NCBI GenBank assembly: GCA_030390025.1 | Contig: CM059431.1 | Span: 103,294,001 to 103,358,000 of the forward strand | DNA length: 64,000 nt | Direction: 5' to 3' | Origin: Squalus acanthias | Taxonomy: Eukaryota | Part shown: in pieces, positions 1 through 13,557 of the stretch | Layout of the letters: each line of letters begins with the position of its first letter | How positions within the stretch are numbered: position 1 is the first letter of the stretch | The notes under the pieces: model-generated | Database searches by the model: none | Told to the model about the DNA's origin: nothing | Seen by the model: the letters and a program-made list of their open reading frames with translations, nothing else | Translations under genes and position numbers: made by a program

Positions 1-1350
1 GCTCCCGCTCACTGCTGTTTTCTTCAGTGCTGCATATCTCATACTCCAGCCCCAAAGCCAGACCTACCAGACCTTGAAGCACACCATAGCCTGAGGCTGA
101 GTTACTGGCCACTATAAGACTGGAAGTTTTCCTTTGCAGGTGGCCAGTGTAATGGCATTGCGATGGATGACAGGCTGTTGTATTTGAATTGTGATTTGAA
201 CTATTGCACCACGTGGCTGCACCACTGCACTGATATCAGAAATTATAGTGCAAGAAAATCGCACAACCTGTGTGTTACATATAACACCATCTCAGCGTAT
301 GGGCGACTTAATAAACTGTTCAAGCTTCACTGTTATTGTTTATGAGAACAGAACCTTTGGCTGTGCTTTGCAGTGGGTTTTATGCGAGCTATTATATTTC
401 ACGTAATTGGTTTTACATGTTCACACTGATGTATCCAAGCTTGATTTAATTTCATTCAAACCACCAATCGCCCATGAAAGTGCGCTTGGCAAAATCTCTC
501 TTTTCATACGGTTGTGAGTTTAAAGCACGATGCTGTGGTTTGAATGGCGGTGTCATAGCAATTGCACCTCTTTTCCCTCCCCCTTCCCAGAAAAGAAAAG
601 ATTGGTTTAATCTTTTGACTATTTCTGTACTAGATGGCGCACTGTTGTCTAAAGGGAACATTGGGCAGCTCAGTCTGTTGGACGCCGCGATGAGGGTTAG
701 GAGCATTTAGGCTTGTTCCCCAGCAGGTGGTTCCTCAGCCTTTCATACTTTTGATAAAATGAACATGAGAGGATAAATTCAGTGAACCAGCGCTCCCGAC
801 ACGAAGCAATGCTTGGCGGGAGTACAGGTCACAGAGAGGGTCTCTGAGCATTGTAGGGCCGATTTTAGCGCTGCTAAATTTACTTGTATCTTTTAGGATG
901 TGGGGAGAAAACAGAAGACTTCAGGGAGGGCGCAGTACGTGCTACAACACGGCTGCATCTTTTGGCTATTTGTCAATAGGAATGGAGCTCATTGCTGCAC
1001 GCAATAGGCATTTTATAGAGTTGATGGAGTCGCTATGCCTTCTGATTACATGGTGCTAATGAAAGGTGTACAATGAATAGGTTTCATGGAATCATACAGC
1101 ACAAATGGCAATGTAATGGCAGTGCATTCCAGATCATAACAACTCGCCGAGTAACAAAAATGTCTCCTCATTTCCCCCTGTGTGTTTAATCCTCTTCCCG
1201 CCGCTAGGTGTCGGGTCCATGCGCAAATCGGGGACCCGACACTTGGGAAAATTGTTTGGAGGTGGGTTGACGGCGGGATCGGACCCCGCCGTCAATCAAA
1301 ACGATTTTAACCTTTGACCCTGCCCTCTCAGTGCCGATAAAATCGCGGCC

Positions 1351-1634
1351 AAGGTGTTCAGAAAAGATAGGGAAGGAAAAAAGGGAGGTGGGATGGCAAT
1401 ACTGATTAGGGAAGACATTGTAGTGTTGGAAAGAGAGGATGTCCTTGAGGGGGCAAGGACAGAATCCATTTGGTTAGAGTTGAGAAGCAAAAAGGGTATG
1501 ATCACGCTATTGGGGGTATTCCACAGGCCTCCAAATAGTGAGAGAGAGATAGAGGAGCAAATCTGCAGGGAAATCACAGAGATGTGCAAGAACTATAGCG
1601 TGGTGATATTGGGGGGCTTTGATTACCCAAATAT
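1351..1634 (+). mobile_element. CR1 LINE ORF2 endonuclease fragment
   Basis: ORF 1354 reads FRKDR..GGGMAILI..ESIWLEL..GVFHRPPNS..GGFDYPNI, matching the APE endonuclease of the ORF2 at 34111. It is cut by the element starting near 1635. Confidence 0.9.
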
Positions 1635-3268
1635 CGGCTGGAATTTTGCCGGCGCTCAGAAGGCGGGTTTGGAGGCGGGTCCGCTGTCAAAATAGCAAAG
1701 AGTGACAGCGGGTAGGAACCCGCTGTCAACCCGCCTCCACGCGAGTCTCCCAGGTGTCGGGTCTGTCAGTGGAGAACTGACCCGACACCAAGCGGCGGGG
1801 GAGACAATTAAGCTCATTAAATGGCCTGTTAAGAGCCAATTTAATGGTATTTTGAGGCTTCCTTCCAATTTTACGTGCTCCCCCATGGGTTACCCGCTGT
1901 TTGGGGAACACACCAGCTCACCCTGGCGTGAGTTGAGTCTGCTCTGATGTATCTGATAAGCTGACAGCTGCAGAAGTGGTGTAATGGATGCCATGTTGCA
2001 GATAGTCAGTTTCAGAGCGCAGAAACTGTTGGTTACATATAGAGATTTCTTGAGCTTGCAAGTGTTTAGAGCCAACTGTATGTCCAGTGCCACCTCATTA
2101 GAACAATCTCTCTCACCATTGACAGATCGCTTCTGTCATCTCACCTGCAGTTGCCATCTATTGCAGCAACATCGGTGCCCTAGAAACTATCTCATCTTGC
2201 TCCTCTGATTCTTTCCATGCTCAGCCCCAACACCAACATCACCACCAACAACACCAACCTTCTCCGCCTTCACCTGATGCTGCACAGGACACAGGGCATC
2301 AGCCCCTGACAACATTGCTGCCTGGGAGGCCAGCGATGGCATCACCATGGTCCGTTTACTTCACTTGACGCTGTAAACATTGGCTGTCACATGATGCGCC
2401 AGGTTGACACCATTCCACACCAGCACTGTGAAGCATCCCTTCAATGTCCAAGCCATTCCATGCACACATATCGCTATAGCGGAGGGGGGCGGGGGCGGGG
2501 GCGGTGGGGGGCAAAGTTATGTCTCACCATTCACTGGAACTCAGTCTCAAGGTGCGCACAGATCTGTCCAATAAGGAGCAGTGTTGAAAATATAGATTTC
2601 ACTGTATGACAACACATTACCAGAAACTTCACATGAACATTGGCTAAACCTCTCAAGTACCTACCCTTGTGTGTTGTTAGTTGGTATGATTGGACTAGGA
2701 TGAGGGTGAGTGTGAGGGGTGGCTAGTGAGATGGGGAAGTGATAATGTAGATAGAGAGGGATGGGTGGAGGTGCAAGGTAAGTTGGTGTGAGTAAGGATG
2801 TGCAGGAGAAGGGTATGGAAGGCAGAGTGATGGGGATGTGATGAATGGCACAGCAGAGTGAGTTTGAGTGTGGTTTTGCAGTAACATTTCGTGATCCACT
2901 GAGATCATTGAAAGGTTGGTGCCACTGCAGCCAGGGACCCCTGATGACATCCCTGCTTTTGCCCTCCTGTGCAATGTGCAACCAGGCTGCGTTGGTGTCC
3001 TGGGGGAGGTCTCTTCCGCCCTTGGAAGGGAAGAGAACCTCCCTGTGTGCTGTGACTCCCTCCCTAAGCATACGGAGGGAGTCATTGGAGAGCCTGGGTG
3101 CAAGCGTCCACCTTTGTGCAGTGCTTGTCAGTGTTTGCAGCACCTCAATGCTGTCAAACACTGACAGAACAACTGTCAAACTCAATGTGGCCGTGGTGCC
3201 TTTAAGGAAACCGGCTGATGACATGTCATCAAATGACGTCATCAGACCCGCTTCCTGTTAATTGGCCG
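1635..3268 (-). mobile_element. Non-autonomous PIF/Harbinger derivative with degenerate Myb/SANT exon; right end lost
   Basis: Starts CGGCTGGAATTTT (TIR-like). Colinear with 6623-8402. Minus ORF 2661..3242 has APRLSNDSL..EVLFPS..AAWLHIAQE..FNDL. Confidence 0.8.
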
Positions 3269-3269
3269 A

Positions 3270-5257
3270 TAAGCCCACAGGATGTAATGGAACAATGGGT
3301 GATCTTTAAGGAGGCGATGTTTCAGGTACAGGCTAGGTACATTCCAACAAGAGGGAAAGCTAGGGGAACCAAAGCAAGGGCTCCTTGGATGACGAGGGAG
3401 ATAGAGAATATGATGAAACAAAAAAAGAGGGTGTATGATGCATGTCAGGTGAATTCTTCAAGTGAGAACCAGGCCAAATACAATAAGTTGAGAGGGGAAG
3501 TGAAGAGGAAAGTAAGACTGGCAAAGCGAGAATATGAGAGTAGAATGGCGGTTAACATAAAAGGGAACCCAAAAATCTTCTACCGGCATATAAATAGTAA
3601 GCGGGTAGTAAGAGGCGGGGTGGGGCCTGTTAGGGACAAAGAAGGTGATATATGCTTAGAGGCGCAGGGCAAAGCTAGAATACTTAATGAGTACTTTGTA
3701 TCGGTGTTTACGAAGGAAGAGGATGCTGACAAAATATCGGTAGAAGCAGAGATGGTAGAAGCAATGGAAGGGTTGAAAATTGATGGGCAGGATGTACTGG
3801 AAAGGCTGGATATGCTTAGAGTGGATAAGTCGCCTGGTCCAAATGGCTTGCATCCCAGGCTGCTAAGGAAAGTGGGGGTGGAGATAACGGAAGGGCTTGT
3901 CATAATCTTCCAATCTTCCGTAGATATGGGGGAAGTGTCAGAGGATTGGAAAGTGGCAAATGTGACACCCTTGTTAAAGAAAGGGTGTAAGGACAATTCT
4001 AGTAACTACAGTTTAACATCAGTGTTGGGTAAGGTTTTCGAAACAATAATCAGGGAAAAAATTAACGGGCACTTGGAGAGGTTTAAGTTAATTACGGATT
4101 TGTAAAAGGCAGATCGTGTTTGACTAATCTAATTGAATTTTTTGATGAAGTAACAGAGAAGGTTGATGAAGGGAATGCAGTGGATGTTGTTTATATGGAT
4201 TTTAAGAAAGCGTTTGACAAAATACCACATAAAAGGCTGGTTAACAAAATTGAGGCTCATGGAATAGGAGGGTCAGTGGCAGCTTGGATAAGAAATTGGC
4301 TTAAGGACAGAAAACAGCAAACTGTGGTAAATGGTTGCTTTTCAGAATGGAGGATGGTAGACAGTGGTGTTCCCCAAGGGTCAGTGCTGGGACCACTGCT
4401 TTTTTTGATATATATAAATGACTTCGATATTGGAGTAAAATTTCTAAATTTTGCCAATGATACCAAATTTGGGGGTGTGGCAAACAGTAAGGATGATACC
4501 AATTGACTGCAACAAGACTTAATGGCACAGTTCTAAAGAGTGTGCAGGGAGAGAGGGACTTGGCAGTTCTTGTGCATAGATCTTTGAAGGTGGCAGGACA
4601 TATTGAGAGAGTAGTTAGTAAAGCATATGGGTTCTTGGGCTTCATAAATAGAGGTATTGAGTACAAAAGCAGAGAAGTTATGCTGAACCTTTATAAAGCT
4701 CTGGTTAGGCCACAATTAGAATATTGCGTCCAGTTCTGGTCACCACACTTTAGGAAGGATGAGAAGGTCCTTGAGAGGGTGCAGAGGAGATTTACCAGAA
4801 TGGTTCCAGGGATGAGGGATTTTAGCTACAAGGTTAGGTTGGAGAAGCTGGTGTTGTTCTCCTTGGAGCAAAGGAGGTTGAGGGGAGATTTGATAGAGGT
4901 GTACAAGATTATGACGGGTTTGAATAAGGTAGACAGAGAAAAGCTGTTCCCATTAGCTGATGGTACAAGGACTAGGGGACACAGATTTAAGGTCTTGGGC
5001 AAGAGATACAGGGGGAATGTGAGGAAGAACTTTTTTACGCAGCGAGTGGTAATGACCTGGAACTTGCTGCCGACGAGGGTGGCGGAAGCGGAGATGATCA
5101 ATGATTTCAAAAGGAAATTGGATAGGCACTTGAGTGAAATAAACTTGCAGGGCTACGGGGACAGAGCGGGGGAATGGGACTGACTGGATTGCTCTACAGA
5201 GAGCCGGCATGGACTCGATGGGCCGAATGGCCTCCTTCCGTGCTGTAATGACTCTAT
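3270..5257 (+). mobile_element. 5'-truncated, frameshifted CR1 LINE (RT region, 3' UTR and tail)
   Basis: ORFs 3218, 4120 and 4503 carry DKSPGP, DWKVANVTP, GVPQGSVLGP and EYCVQFWSP. The 3' end reads GGCCGAATGGCCTCC. The CTATG tail resumes at 6105. Confidence 0.95.
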
Positions 5258-5538
5258 GGGCTGGATTTTGATACGGGGCGGGTTGGGGTCGTATTATCCA
5301 CTTTTCATGTTATCCACCCGACTGCAATTGGATGTGGGAGATTGATGCAATTTTCACCTAATTGGGCAATTGAGTTCCAGCATGTGGGAACCCATGACCT
5401 AATTAGTGTTTTCAGTCTGAAAGTCGCCTCTGATGATGTCATCATTGCTGCTGCATTGAATATCTTCAGAGACTGCCTGGCCTTTGCTGTGAGAGGACCT
5501 GGATGGAAGTCTGTTCCCAGATATTTTTACGAGAGGGA

Positions 5539-5576
<38 letters not shown>

Positions 5577-6104
5577 CAGAGAGAGACAGACAGACAGACA
5601 CAGACACAGACAGACAGACAGAGAGAGAGAGAGAGACAGACAGACAGGCAGGCAGACAGACAGACAGACAGAGAGACAGACTTTTGCTGTGAGAGGACCT
5701 GAAGGCAAAATGAGCAGCAGCAGCCCTACGTCTGCTCCCAGATATTTTCCTACTACTTCTGCATTGTAATAGTGGACCTGCAGCTGATAGTCAGCTTTCG
5801 AAATGTGGTCCCACCAGGTTTCACAATCGTGGTTCAGAACAGGCGTGCTTCACGTAGAACAAGGGTTAAAATCACAAAGGCCTTTCAAAATGGCATTATA
5901 GAGGCAATTTAGTGCTTGTTAAGGGCCTTAATAGCCTATCCCGCCTCTTAAAGGCAGGACGGAGTCGGGACCAGCAGACACGATTTAATCAAAATTGCGT
6001 GGAGGCGGGATGGAGGCGGACTTGTGCCCGCCCGCCAGTTTTCGCAATTTTAACCCCCCACACGCCTCCAAACCCGCCTCCACGGGTCAATGAAAATCCA
6101 GCCC
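5258..6104. mobile_element. Harbinger-type MITE, family A copy 1
   Basis: TIR GGGCTGGATTTT..AAAATCCAGCCC. Same sequence as 16028-16725 and 29149-29824. The TSD is imperfect (TAT/ATG). Confidence 0.9.
5530..5681. repeat. (GA)n/(GACA)n compound microsatellite inside the MITE
   Basis: Directly visible. Confidence 0.95.
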
Positions 6105-6622
6105 ATGTCTCTATGACTCTACAATCAGTGATCTCTTGGTATGGTTGTGCTAGTCATGGAATGAATAGCGGGTTTGAGGGCTGAAGAGGTTTTCTTGTAT
6201 TTGGTTGCTGAGATTGAGTTGGGTTCGGAAACACGGAGATCCTGCGTATCAGTTGGTTGTGGTCACTGCCTGTGCCTGGTTATGGACAGGTTGTTGTTAC
6301 TAGCTTATTTATGATATTGTGTTGGTCTGAACTGTCCTCCTGGCTATTGGTTTGGTTTGTGGGTGGCTTGTGAAGACTGAGACTTGAGGTTTTGGGACCA
6401 GGACTACTTGGCATTTCTGCATTTCCAGGCGGAAATTGAACATCACTCATTCAGATTGGGAAATAGATACTTCAGGCACATACTTGTTGTAGGGAGAGTT
6501 CTACTTCGATATGGTGGAGAATGAACCTACTGGCAGGTCCTTGAGCCATTAGAGTGCCTTTGCCAGAATTGGAGGCAAACTACGGTTTGAGTTGTGATGA
6601 AAAGCCATTGACCTGAAATGTT

Positions 6623-8402
6623 GGCCGGAATTTTCTGGGGTGGTAGCGGGCGCGATTGGCGGTGGGTCGGGTGGGAAAGTAGTTATTTTTGACAGCAGTG
6701 TCAGGAACCCGCTGTCATCCCGCCCCCACGTGCCTTTCCCCCAGGCACGTATGTCATCTCAGAGCTGACCCGACCAGCAGTGGCGGGCGACCCAATTGAA
6801 ATGATTATCAGGTAGTTAACAGGCACTTAAGAGACTTGTTTCATTTACTTTTTAAATTTCCCTGCATGGCCACGGGATTCATGCAGCTCGGGAACCACGT
6901 CTGTCAACCTGAGGCAGCAGTTCAGTGGCCATTGCTCCAGCTGATTACTTGACAACATGAAATGTACAGTAAAAGCTCCCACCTGACAGATGATCACTTT
7001 CCTCAGGCAGAAGCTGTTGCTCAGTCCATTTTCAGCACAGATTCTGCAGGCTGCAAGTGCTTCCAGCAAAGTTTCCATCCAGTCTCACCTCATTGGAAGA
7101 ACTCTCTCACCATTGACAGATGCTTCACCTGCCGTCTATTCCATCAGCATGGGTACCGTTTATAATGTCTCACCTTGGGTCCTCAGAATCGGACCACGAT
7201 GAGCCCCAACACCAGTAGCACCAACAACAATACTAACCTTCTCTGCAATCACCTGATGCTGCACAGGACATGAGGGCATCAGCACCTGACCACATTGCTG
7301 CCCGGGAGGCCAGGGATGGCCTCACCATGGCCAGATTTACTTCATTTGACGCTGTACACCCTAGCTGCCACATGATGCGCCAGGTTGGCACCACCCCACA
7401 CCAACACCATAAAGCGTCCCTACAATGACAAAGCCATTCCTTTCACACTCATCACCATTGCGGGGGTACCGTTATATCTCACCATTGGGGGGGGGGGGTA
7501 ACGTTATGTTTCACTATTCACTGCAACTCACTAAGCCACTGCCAAAGGTGCACACAAATCTGTCCAAGGAAAGTGTTGAAAATAAAGATTTTTATGTTTG
7601 AAAGCACATTAACAGAAATTTTACACAAACATTGGATAAACACCCAAGTGGCCTCCTAGTGTGTTGTTAGTTGGTATGATTGGACAAGGATGAGGGTGAG
7701 TGTGAGGGGTGTCTAGTGAGATGGGGATGTGATAATGTAGATAGAAAGGGATGGGTGGAGGTGCAAGGTATGTGTGAGTAAGGATGTGCAGGAGTAGGGT
7801 AGGGAAGGCAGAGTGATGGGGATGTGATGAGTGGCACAGCAGGATGAGGCTGAGTGCGGCTTTGCAGTAATGTTTCGTGATCTACTGAGATCATTGAAAC
7901 GTTTGCGCCACTGCACCCAGGTCCTCCTGAACACATCCCTGCTGGTGACCTCCTCTGCAATCTGCAACCAGGCTGTGTTGGTCTCCTGGGGAGGTCTCTT
8001 CCACCCATCGGAAGGGAAGAGGACCTCCTTGCGTACTGTGACTCCATCCATAAGCATATGGAGGGAGTCATCGGAGAGCCTGGGTGCAGCCCTCCGCCTC
8101 TGTGCAGTCATTGTCAATGTTTGCAGCACCTCAATGCTGTAGTGCACTGACAGCACTATGTTAGATTAAACTTCAAATCTAATGTGACCATGGTCCCTTT
8201 AAAGATCCTGTCTGAAAATGCGTCATGAATGATGTCACCAGACCCGCTCCATCTCATTGGGCTGGGTAACGCGCTAGGCGGGTTTAATAGGCCCCATTTA
8301 GGTAAGTTCATTTTCTTACAGCGGGATGGAGCCAGCAGCAGGGTCGCGACCCCTCATGGCCGCCGCCCGCTCGGACCCGCCCAGGTAAAGAAAATTCCGG
8401 CC
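6623..8402 (-). mobile_element. Non-autonomous Harbinger element retaining a Myb/SANT exon
   Basis: Perfect TIR GGCCGGAATTTT..AAAATTCCGGCC, with TSD GTT on both sides. Confidence 0.92.
7713..8111 (-). pseudogene. Harbinger Myb/SANT-like DNA-binding domain (exon 1 with read-through)
   Basis: MTAQRRRAAPRLSDDSLHMLMDGV..KEVLFPSDG..AWLQIAEEV..RTWVQWRKRFNDL. Confidence 0.85.
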
Positions 8403-9132
8403 GTTAAACTCTGTTGTGCAGTCGCTCCACAGATGCTGCCTGACCTGCTGAGTGTTTGCGGCATTTTCTGTTTTAATTACAGGTCTTATAGCTTTATGGA
8501 GCACTGTTGAAAGTTGTCAAATGTGGGGCCATGCTTAGAATATGTATAGTCGCATACCCTTCTGGATGGAGCCCCTCCCCGGTACGAAGGGGTGAAATTT
8601 GTGGCACGCACCTGGGGCACCAGGTGTACAGAGCATGTCGACCCTTGTTCACTTGGTTAGATATGGTGGTGCTGAAGGTCAGGCACCACCCGGGCTGAGG
8701 CGGGCCCAATGGCCTTTCTCCTCTCTATTTATGCCGTGATCTTGTGTACGCTGTTGGCATATGGAAATATTTTGTGATCGATCTGTCCCTCCGAGCTCTG
8801 TATGAATTTGTTCTTGTGTATGTTGCCAGGGGCTCCATGGACACGGTGAAGAGAAAGGAAGATAAGAGGCATTGCTGTCTGATCCTTTGACAGAGGGGAA
8901 GGCCAGAAAGCTGAGGCTATCCATCCATGTTGTGGACACTGGTTGTGAATACAGAATGTAGAATCATAGAATTTTACAGCACAGAAGGAGGCCATTGGGC
9001 CCATTCTGTCTATTCTGGCTCTCTGAAAGAGCGATCTATCTATTTATTTCCGTTCCCCTGCTCTTTCCTGATAGCCTTTGAATGTTTTTCATTTTGGAAT
9101 ATTTATCCACTTCCTTTTTAAAAGCTATTATC

Positions 9133-9520
9133 GGGGTACGGTAGCATTGTGGTTATGTTACTGGACGAGTAATCCAGAGACGTGAGTTCAAATCCCATCA
9201 TGGCAGCTGGGGGGGAATTTAAATTCAGTTAATTAAATAAAAATCTGGAATTTAAAGCTAGCATCAGTAATGGTGACCATGAAACTGTCAGATTGTCATT
9301 ATAACCCATCTGGTTCACTAATGTCCTTTAGGGGAGGAAATCTGCCGTCCTTACCCGGTCTGGCCTATATGTGACTCCAGACCCACAGCAATGTGGTTGA
9401 CTCTCAACTGTCCTCTAAAATAGTGGCTCACCACCACCTTCGCGAGGGCAATTAGGGATGGGCAATAAATGCTGGCCTTGCCAGTGACACCCACATCCCT
9501 GTGAATGAATAATAAAAACG
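9133..9520 (+). mobile_element. tRNA-derived SINE with LINE-derived tail
   Basis: A-box-like GTAGCATTGTGG and B-box GAGTTCAAATCC. The tail GGGCAATTAGGGATGGGCAATAAATG is shared with LINE ends at 13560 (-) and 53056 (+). Confidence 0.8.
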
Positions 9521-10579
9521 TTTGATTTTGCTTCCAGCACTATTTCTGCTGGTTGTCCGAACAACCACCATCTTGTTACCAACTCACCGACCAATGGAAA
9601 TAGATTTTCTCTATTTTCCTTATCAAACTCCTCATTTGTTGCCAAAGGCCAAAGTGTGGAGAGATGGAATTTCGACTTCACTTGCCAAATGCTTTTTCTG
9701 TTTCCAGAGAGCGACCCAGATCAGTGAATTAAATGTTGTTGTCGGGGGATATGAAGGAACCCTTGTATGGGGCATTGTTATGAGTCCTCTTTGTCCTTCT
9801 ATTAGGATCGAGGGCCCATCCAGCCTGGGGCTGGTTGCCTGTAGGGCGAGGGACAGGGGTTTGTTGATCAGTGCGGCCATCCTTTTGCTCTTGGGTCAGT
9901 AGGAGATTGCCAGCTTTCACCCAAACGCCCCCCAATTCCTCATAATGTTCCAAGGAGGTGAGCCAGGGTCCCTTGTAGGAACGACACATGTCACCCACCC
10001 TTTCCGTAGGTAGGCCATGATTATTTCTTCGCTTGGTTGGGTAATTGAGGCCCTTGGCATTTCGGAATATAACTGAGTTCCACCCATGTTTGGAGTCTGA
10101 AGCTGGAACACTAATAATCCTTTCAAATGTATATACTGTGCCAGAATATCGGCATAGTACAAAGGAGGAGAGGTCAGGAACACAAGGGGAGATTGCAGGT
10201 CTCAATGGTTGCAGTCAAAAATGGGATTACTGTAGAGAGGTGCCTGACATCCAGTAATAGTTTTTATTAAAAATATAAATACGCGATGAGACTGACCCAG
10301 GGGTAAGTGTTTGCTTACCCATAGAGTTACCTTCTCTTAATAGCGAATGCAAGGGTCAGCGATTTAATTACAGCGATTAGACTTTGCTATATACCTTTCT
10401 GAGAGGCAGTTGCCTTTTAAATTGAACCAATATTTGTTTTTGAAGTCTGCTGAGGCAGAGTAAAAAGAAAGTGCAATTTTCTGTAGTACACGGCTTGCTT
10501 GAACTTAACACAAAAATGATTCACTACCGCAACATCGGCGAAGCACAAGGCAACTCATGGTTTTGCTCCGCAGCAAGAT

Positions 10580-11522
10580 CAAAAAAGAAAGACTTGCATT
10601 TATATAGCACCTTTCACAACCTCAGGACGTCCCAAAGCGCTTCACAGCCAACAAAGTACTTATCGAAGTGTAGTCTTGTTGTAATGTAGGAAACGCAGCA
10701 GCCAATCTGCGCGCAGCAAGCTCCCACAAACAGCAATGTGATAATGACCGGATAATCTGTTTTTTTTTAGTGATGTTGATTGAGGGATAAATATTGGCCC
10801 AGGACACTGGGGAGAACTCCCCTTGCTCTTCTTCGAAATAGTGCCAAGGGACCTTTTATGGAGTGTCAGCCAATGGCTCAGTTGGTAGCACCTTTGCCTC
10901 TGAGTCCGAAAGTTGTGGGTTCAAGTCCCCACTCCAGAGACTTGAGCGCAAAAATCTCGGTTGACACTCCCAGTGCGGTACTGAGGGAGAGCTGAACTGT
11001 CGGAGGTGCCGTCTTTTGGATGAGACGTTAAACCGAGGCTCCGTCTGCCCTCTCGAGTGAATGCAAAAGATCCCACGGCGCTATTTCGAAGAAGAGCAGG
11101 GGAGCTCTCCCTGGTGTCCTGGGGCCAATATTTATCTCTCAATCAACATCTAAAAACAGATTATCTGGTCATTAACACATTACTGTTTGTGGGAGCTTGC
11201 TGTGCACAAATTAGCTGTCGTGTTTCCTACATTACAACAGTGACTACACTTCAAAAAGTACTTAATTGGCTGTAAAGAGCTTTGGGACGTCCGGTGGTCG
11301 TGAAAGGCGCTGTATAAATGCAAGTCTTTCTTTCTTATCTCCACCTGAGAGAGCAGATGGGGCCTCGGTTTAACGTCTCATCCGAAAGGCGCACCTCCGA
11401 CAGCGCAGCGCCCCCTCAGTGCTGCACTGGGAGTGTTAGCCGAGATTTTTTGTGCTCAAGTCTCCGGAGTGGGGCTTGAACCCACGACCTTCTGACTCAG
11501 AGGCGAGAGAGAGTGCTGCCAA
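10580..11522 (-). mobile_element. Deu-domain tRNA SINE (SacSINE1-like) interrupted by a second copy
   Basis: Tail and body lie at 10580-10860 and the head at 11336-11522. Colinear with the intact copy at 25462-25930. Confidence 0.85.
10861..11335 (+). mobile_element. Full-length Deu-domain tRNA SINE
   Basis: A-box TGGCTCAGTTGG, B-box GGTTCAAGTCC, central AAGATCCCACGGCGCTATTT..GGTGTCCTGG and an L2-like tail GAAAGGCGCTGTATAAATGCAAGT(CTTT)n. Confidence 0.9.
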
Positions 11523-13557
11523 AGGAGCATAACATGACATGGTGTGGCTGTAGGACATCGGAATATTTTAAGACTCCTGCACTTGCTTGAAACTCCATTT
11601 ATTATTTTTGCCTTTTGATGCTGGTATCTGTAACATAAAACATGGTCGGCCAGTGTTCTGAATCAGTTTGACAGATTTCTCTGTGGCTTAGCAACCCACA
11701 TAGACGGAACTAATTAAATCCAGTACAAGCGAGATTTTTTTTGAACTTTAATAATTCCACCTATGGGCACCCAGAGTTGTGACACTTTGGCTGCTCATCG
11801 AGTAGACCTATGAGGGATGGATTCCGAAGACATTTAATTATTGCTCATGAAACTAATAACATTTGTGCAATCGTTCACCCATCATATTTGATGGCTTAAA
11901 TGTGAAAATCTACATATATTAGTTATCCCTAAATGACTAGCCTCTGCATTAATATATAATTAAATTACATTTTTTGGAGCAGTGACAGTCGGAAATTGGT
12001 GGGTAAGAGAACGATTTACGTTCCTTTGTTAATGCTCCACTCACTGTTATTGGGCAGATGATTCTTAAGCTACAGTAGAAAATTACAGGAATAATTAAGT
12101 TAAAGGTTCTTACCGTCCAATGATTTAAAACGTGTAGGTAAATTATTTAAGAACTTTCATATTAACTGATACTTAATATATTGTGCAGAATATTGTGCCA
12201 AATTATTAAACAGAGATAATGTTATTTGGAAGCCAAAAATCAGATGGCAGCATGGCCTAATTGTACCTGTGTATGATTAAGAAGGATACAGTAGTACAGG
12301 GTATAAATTGATTTGTTAATGGTGAATACAGGTAGAATACTGATGCTGAGTTTATCCATTGACGCCAAATCCAACTTTGAATGGCAGATGAAATTAAAGC
12401 ATTTAATGAGGACATGAATGGGGAGATGCTTTCCGTGTCATTATTTATTATTTGTTAGCTCTGCTGATGGAAAGCCCAATACTTATAGAATGTAATCACC
12501 ATGGGTTCATGAAGCAATACAGCGGGGGGTCGGGGGCGATTTTCACTTTGGGCAGGCAGTGGGCGGAGGAGCTCATCTTGTGCCCGATAATACAGGCCAA
12601 AGGACCGAGGAATCTTCATGGGGGTTGAGCCTTGTCGGCGAGCTGCCGATGCGTTTAGGGGAATCCGGGAGCTGCTCCATGGAATCGAGCCGACCCCAAG
12701 CTGGTAAGGATGGAGGCCGCAGAGGGACCAGCACTGGGCACGCATCTTTGGAGCGGCCTCCTTCGAGGATCGCTGGTTAGGCCGCTCTACGTCCAGTTCT
12801 ATTGGGGGTGGGGCTCGCGTAGCACATGTTCTGCCCAGTGGAAGCCCCAAAATTGCATTAGCGTCCCATGTGCGCCAGCAGACCACGATTTGCACGGGCC
12901 GGTGAGGTGCTAGCCTGGTTTGGTGATTGCCTGGGCTACCCATTATGAAGGAGCCCCACCAAAATGGTGGCCGCTCGAACCACCTCAAAAAAATTCAACA
13001 AGGTTAGTTGGACATGACTTACCCGTTACAAGTCCATGCTGGCTCTCTCTGGTTTGGTTGAGTCTGCTGAAGACACCAAGACTATTGGGCTTTCTGCAGA
13101 GGATTAAATTGCAGGTTACCCAGCCTCGCTCAGATTCCTACTGAAGACTATGTTAATAACTGTAACTGTCCAGACAGGGAAATTGCAACATGAAGTGGTG
13201 AAGTATTTTTACTTAAATCCCGTTCCAAAATATTAATGTAAAATCAAAACATTTTTTCACAAGTGTGAGTGAATACTAGCTTTGGCAAGAAAACCATGAG
13301 TAATGATACAATTTTCATACTCGTCACCTCACAGGTGAAATATGTGATCTTGATATATTTTAGAATGTAGGCGAAACAGACAACTTTTATCTAACTGTCA
13401 TTTGTCAAACGCTCTAAAAAAATTTGATGAAACAAACAAATTGCTGGTATGACTTTATTGAACAAAATAAAATGATCTCTCAGACTGTAAGTGAGGGAGG
13501 GAAGGTATCTGGCAACAGTTATTTTTTTTTAAACAATCTTTAAACATATAGACTGAT

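Larger units (their letters stand above)
6590..8478 (+). mobile_element. Penelope-like terminal fragment split by a Harbinger insertion
   Basis: GTGATGAAAAGCCATTGACCTGAAATGTT [insert] AAACTCTG..CACAGATGCTGCCTGACCTGCTGAG matches 63287-63380. Confidence 0.7.

Noticed and set aside
126..345. Host exon after the acceptor-like TTTTCCTTTGCAG
   Set aside because: No recognisable protein and no supporting donor or partner exon.
8500..10260. Possible decayed coding or retroelement sequence (also 28200-28680)
   Set aside because: No motif could be identified by eye; a translated search is needed.
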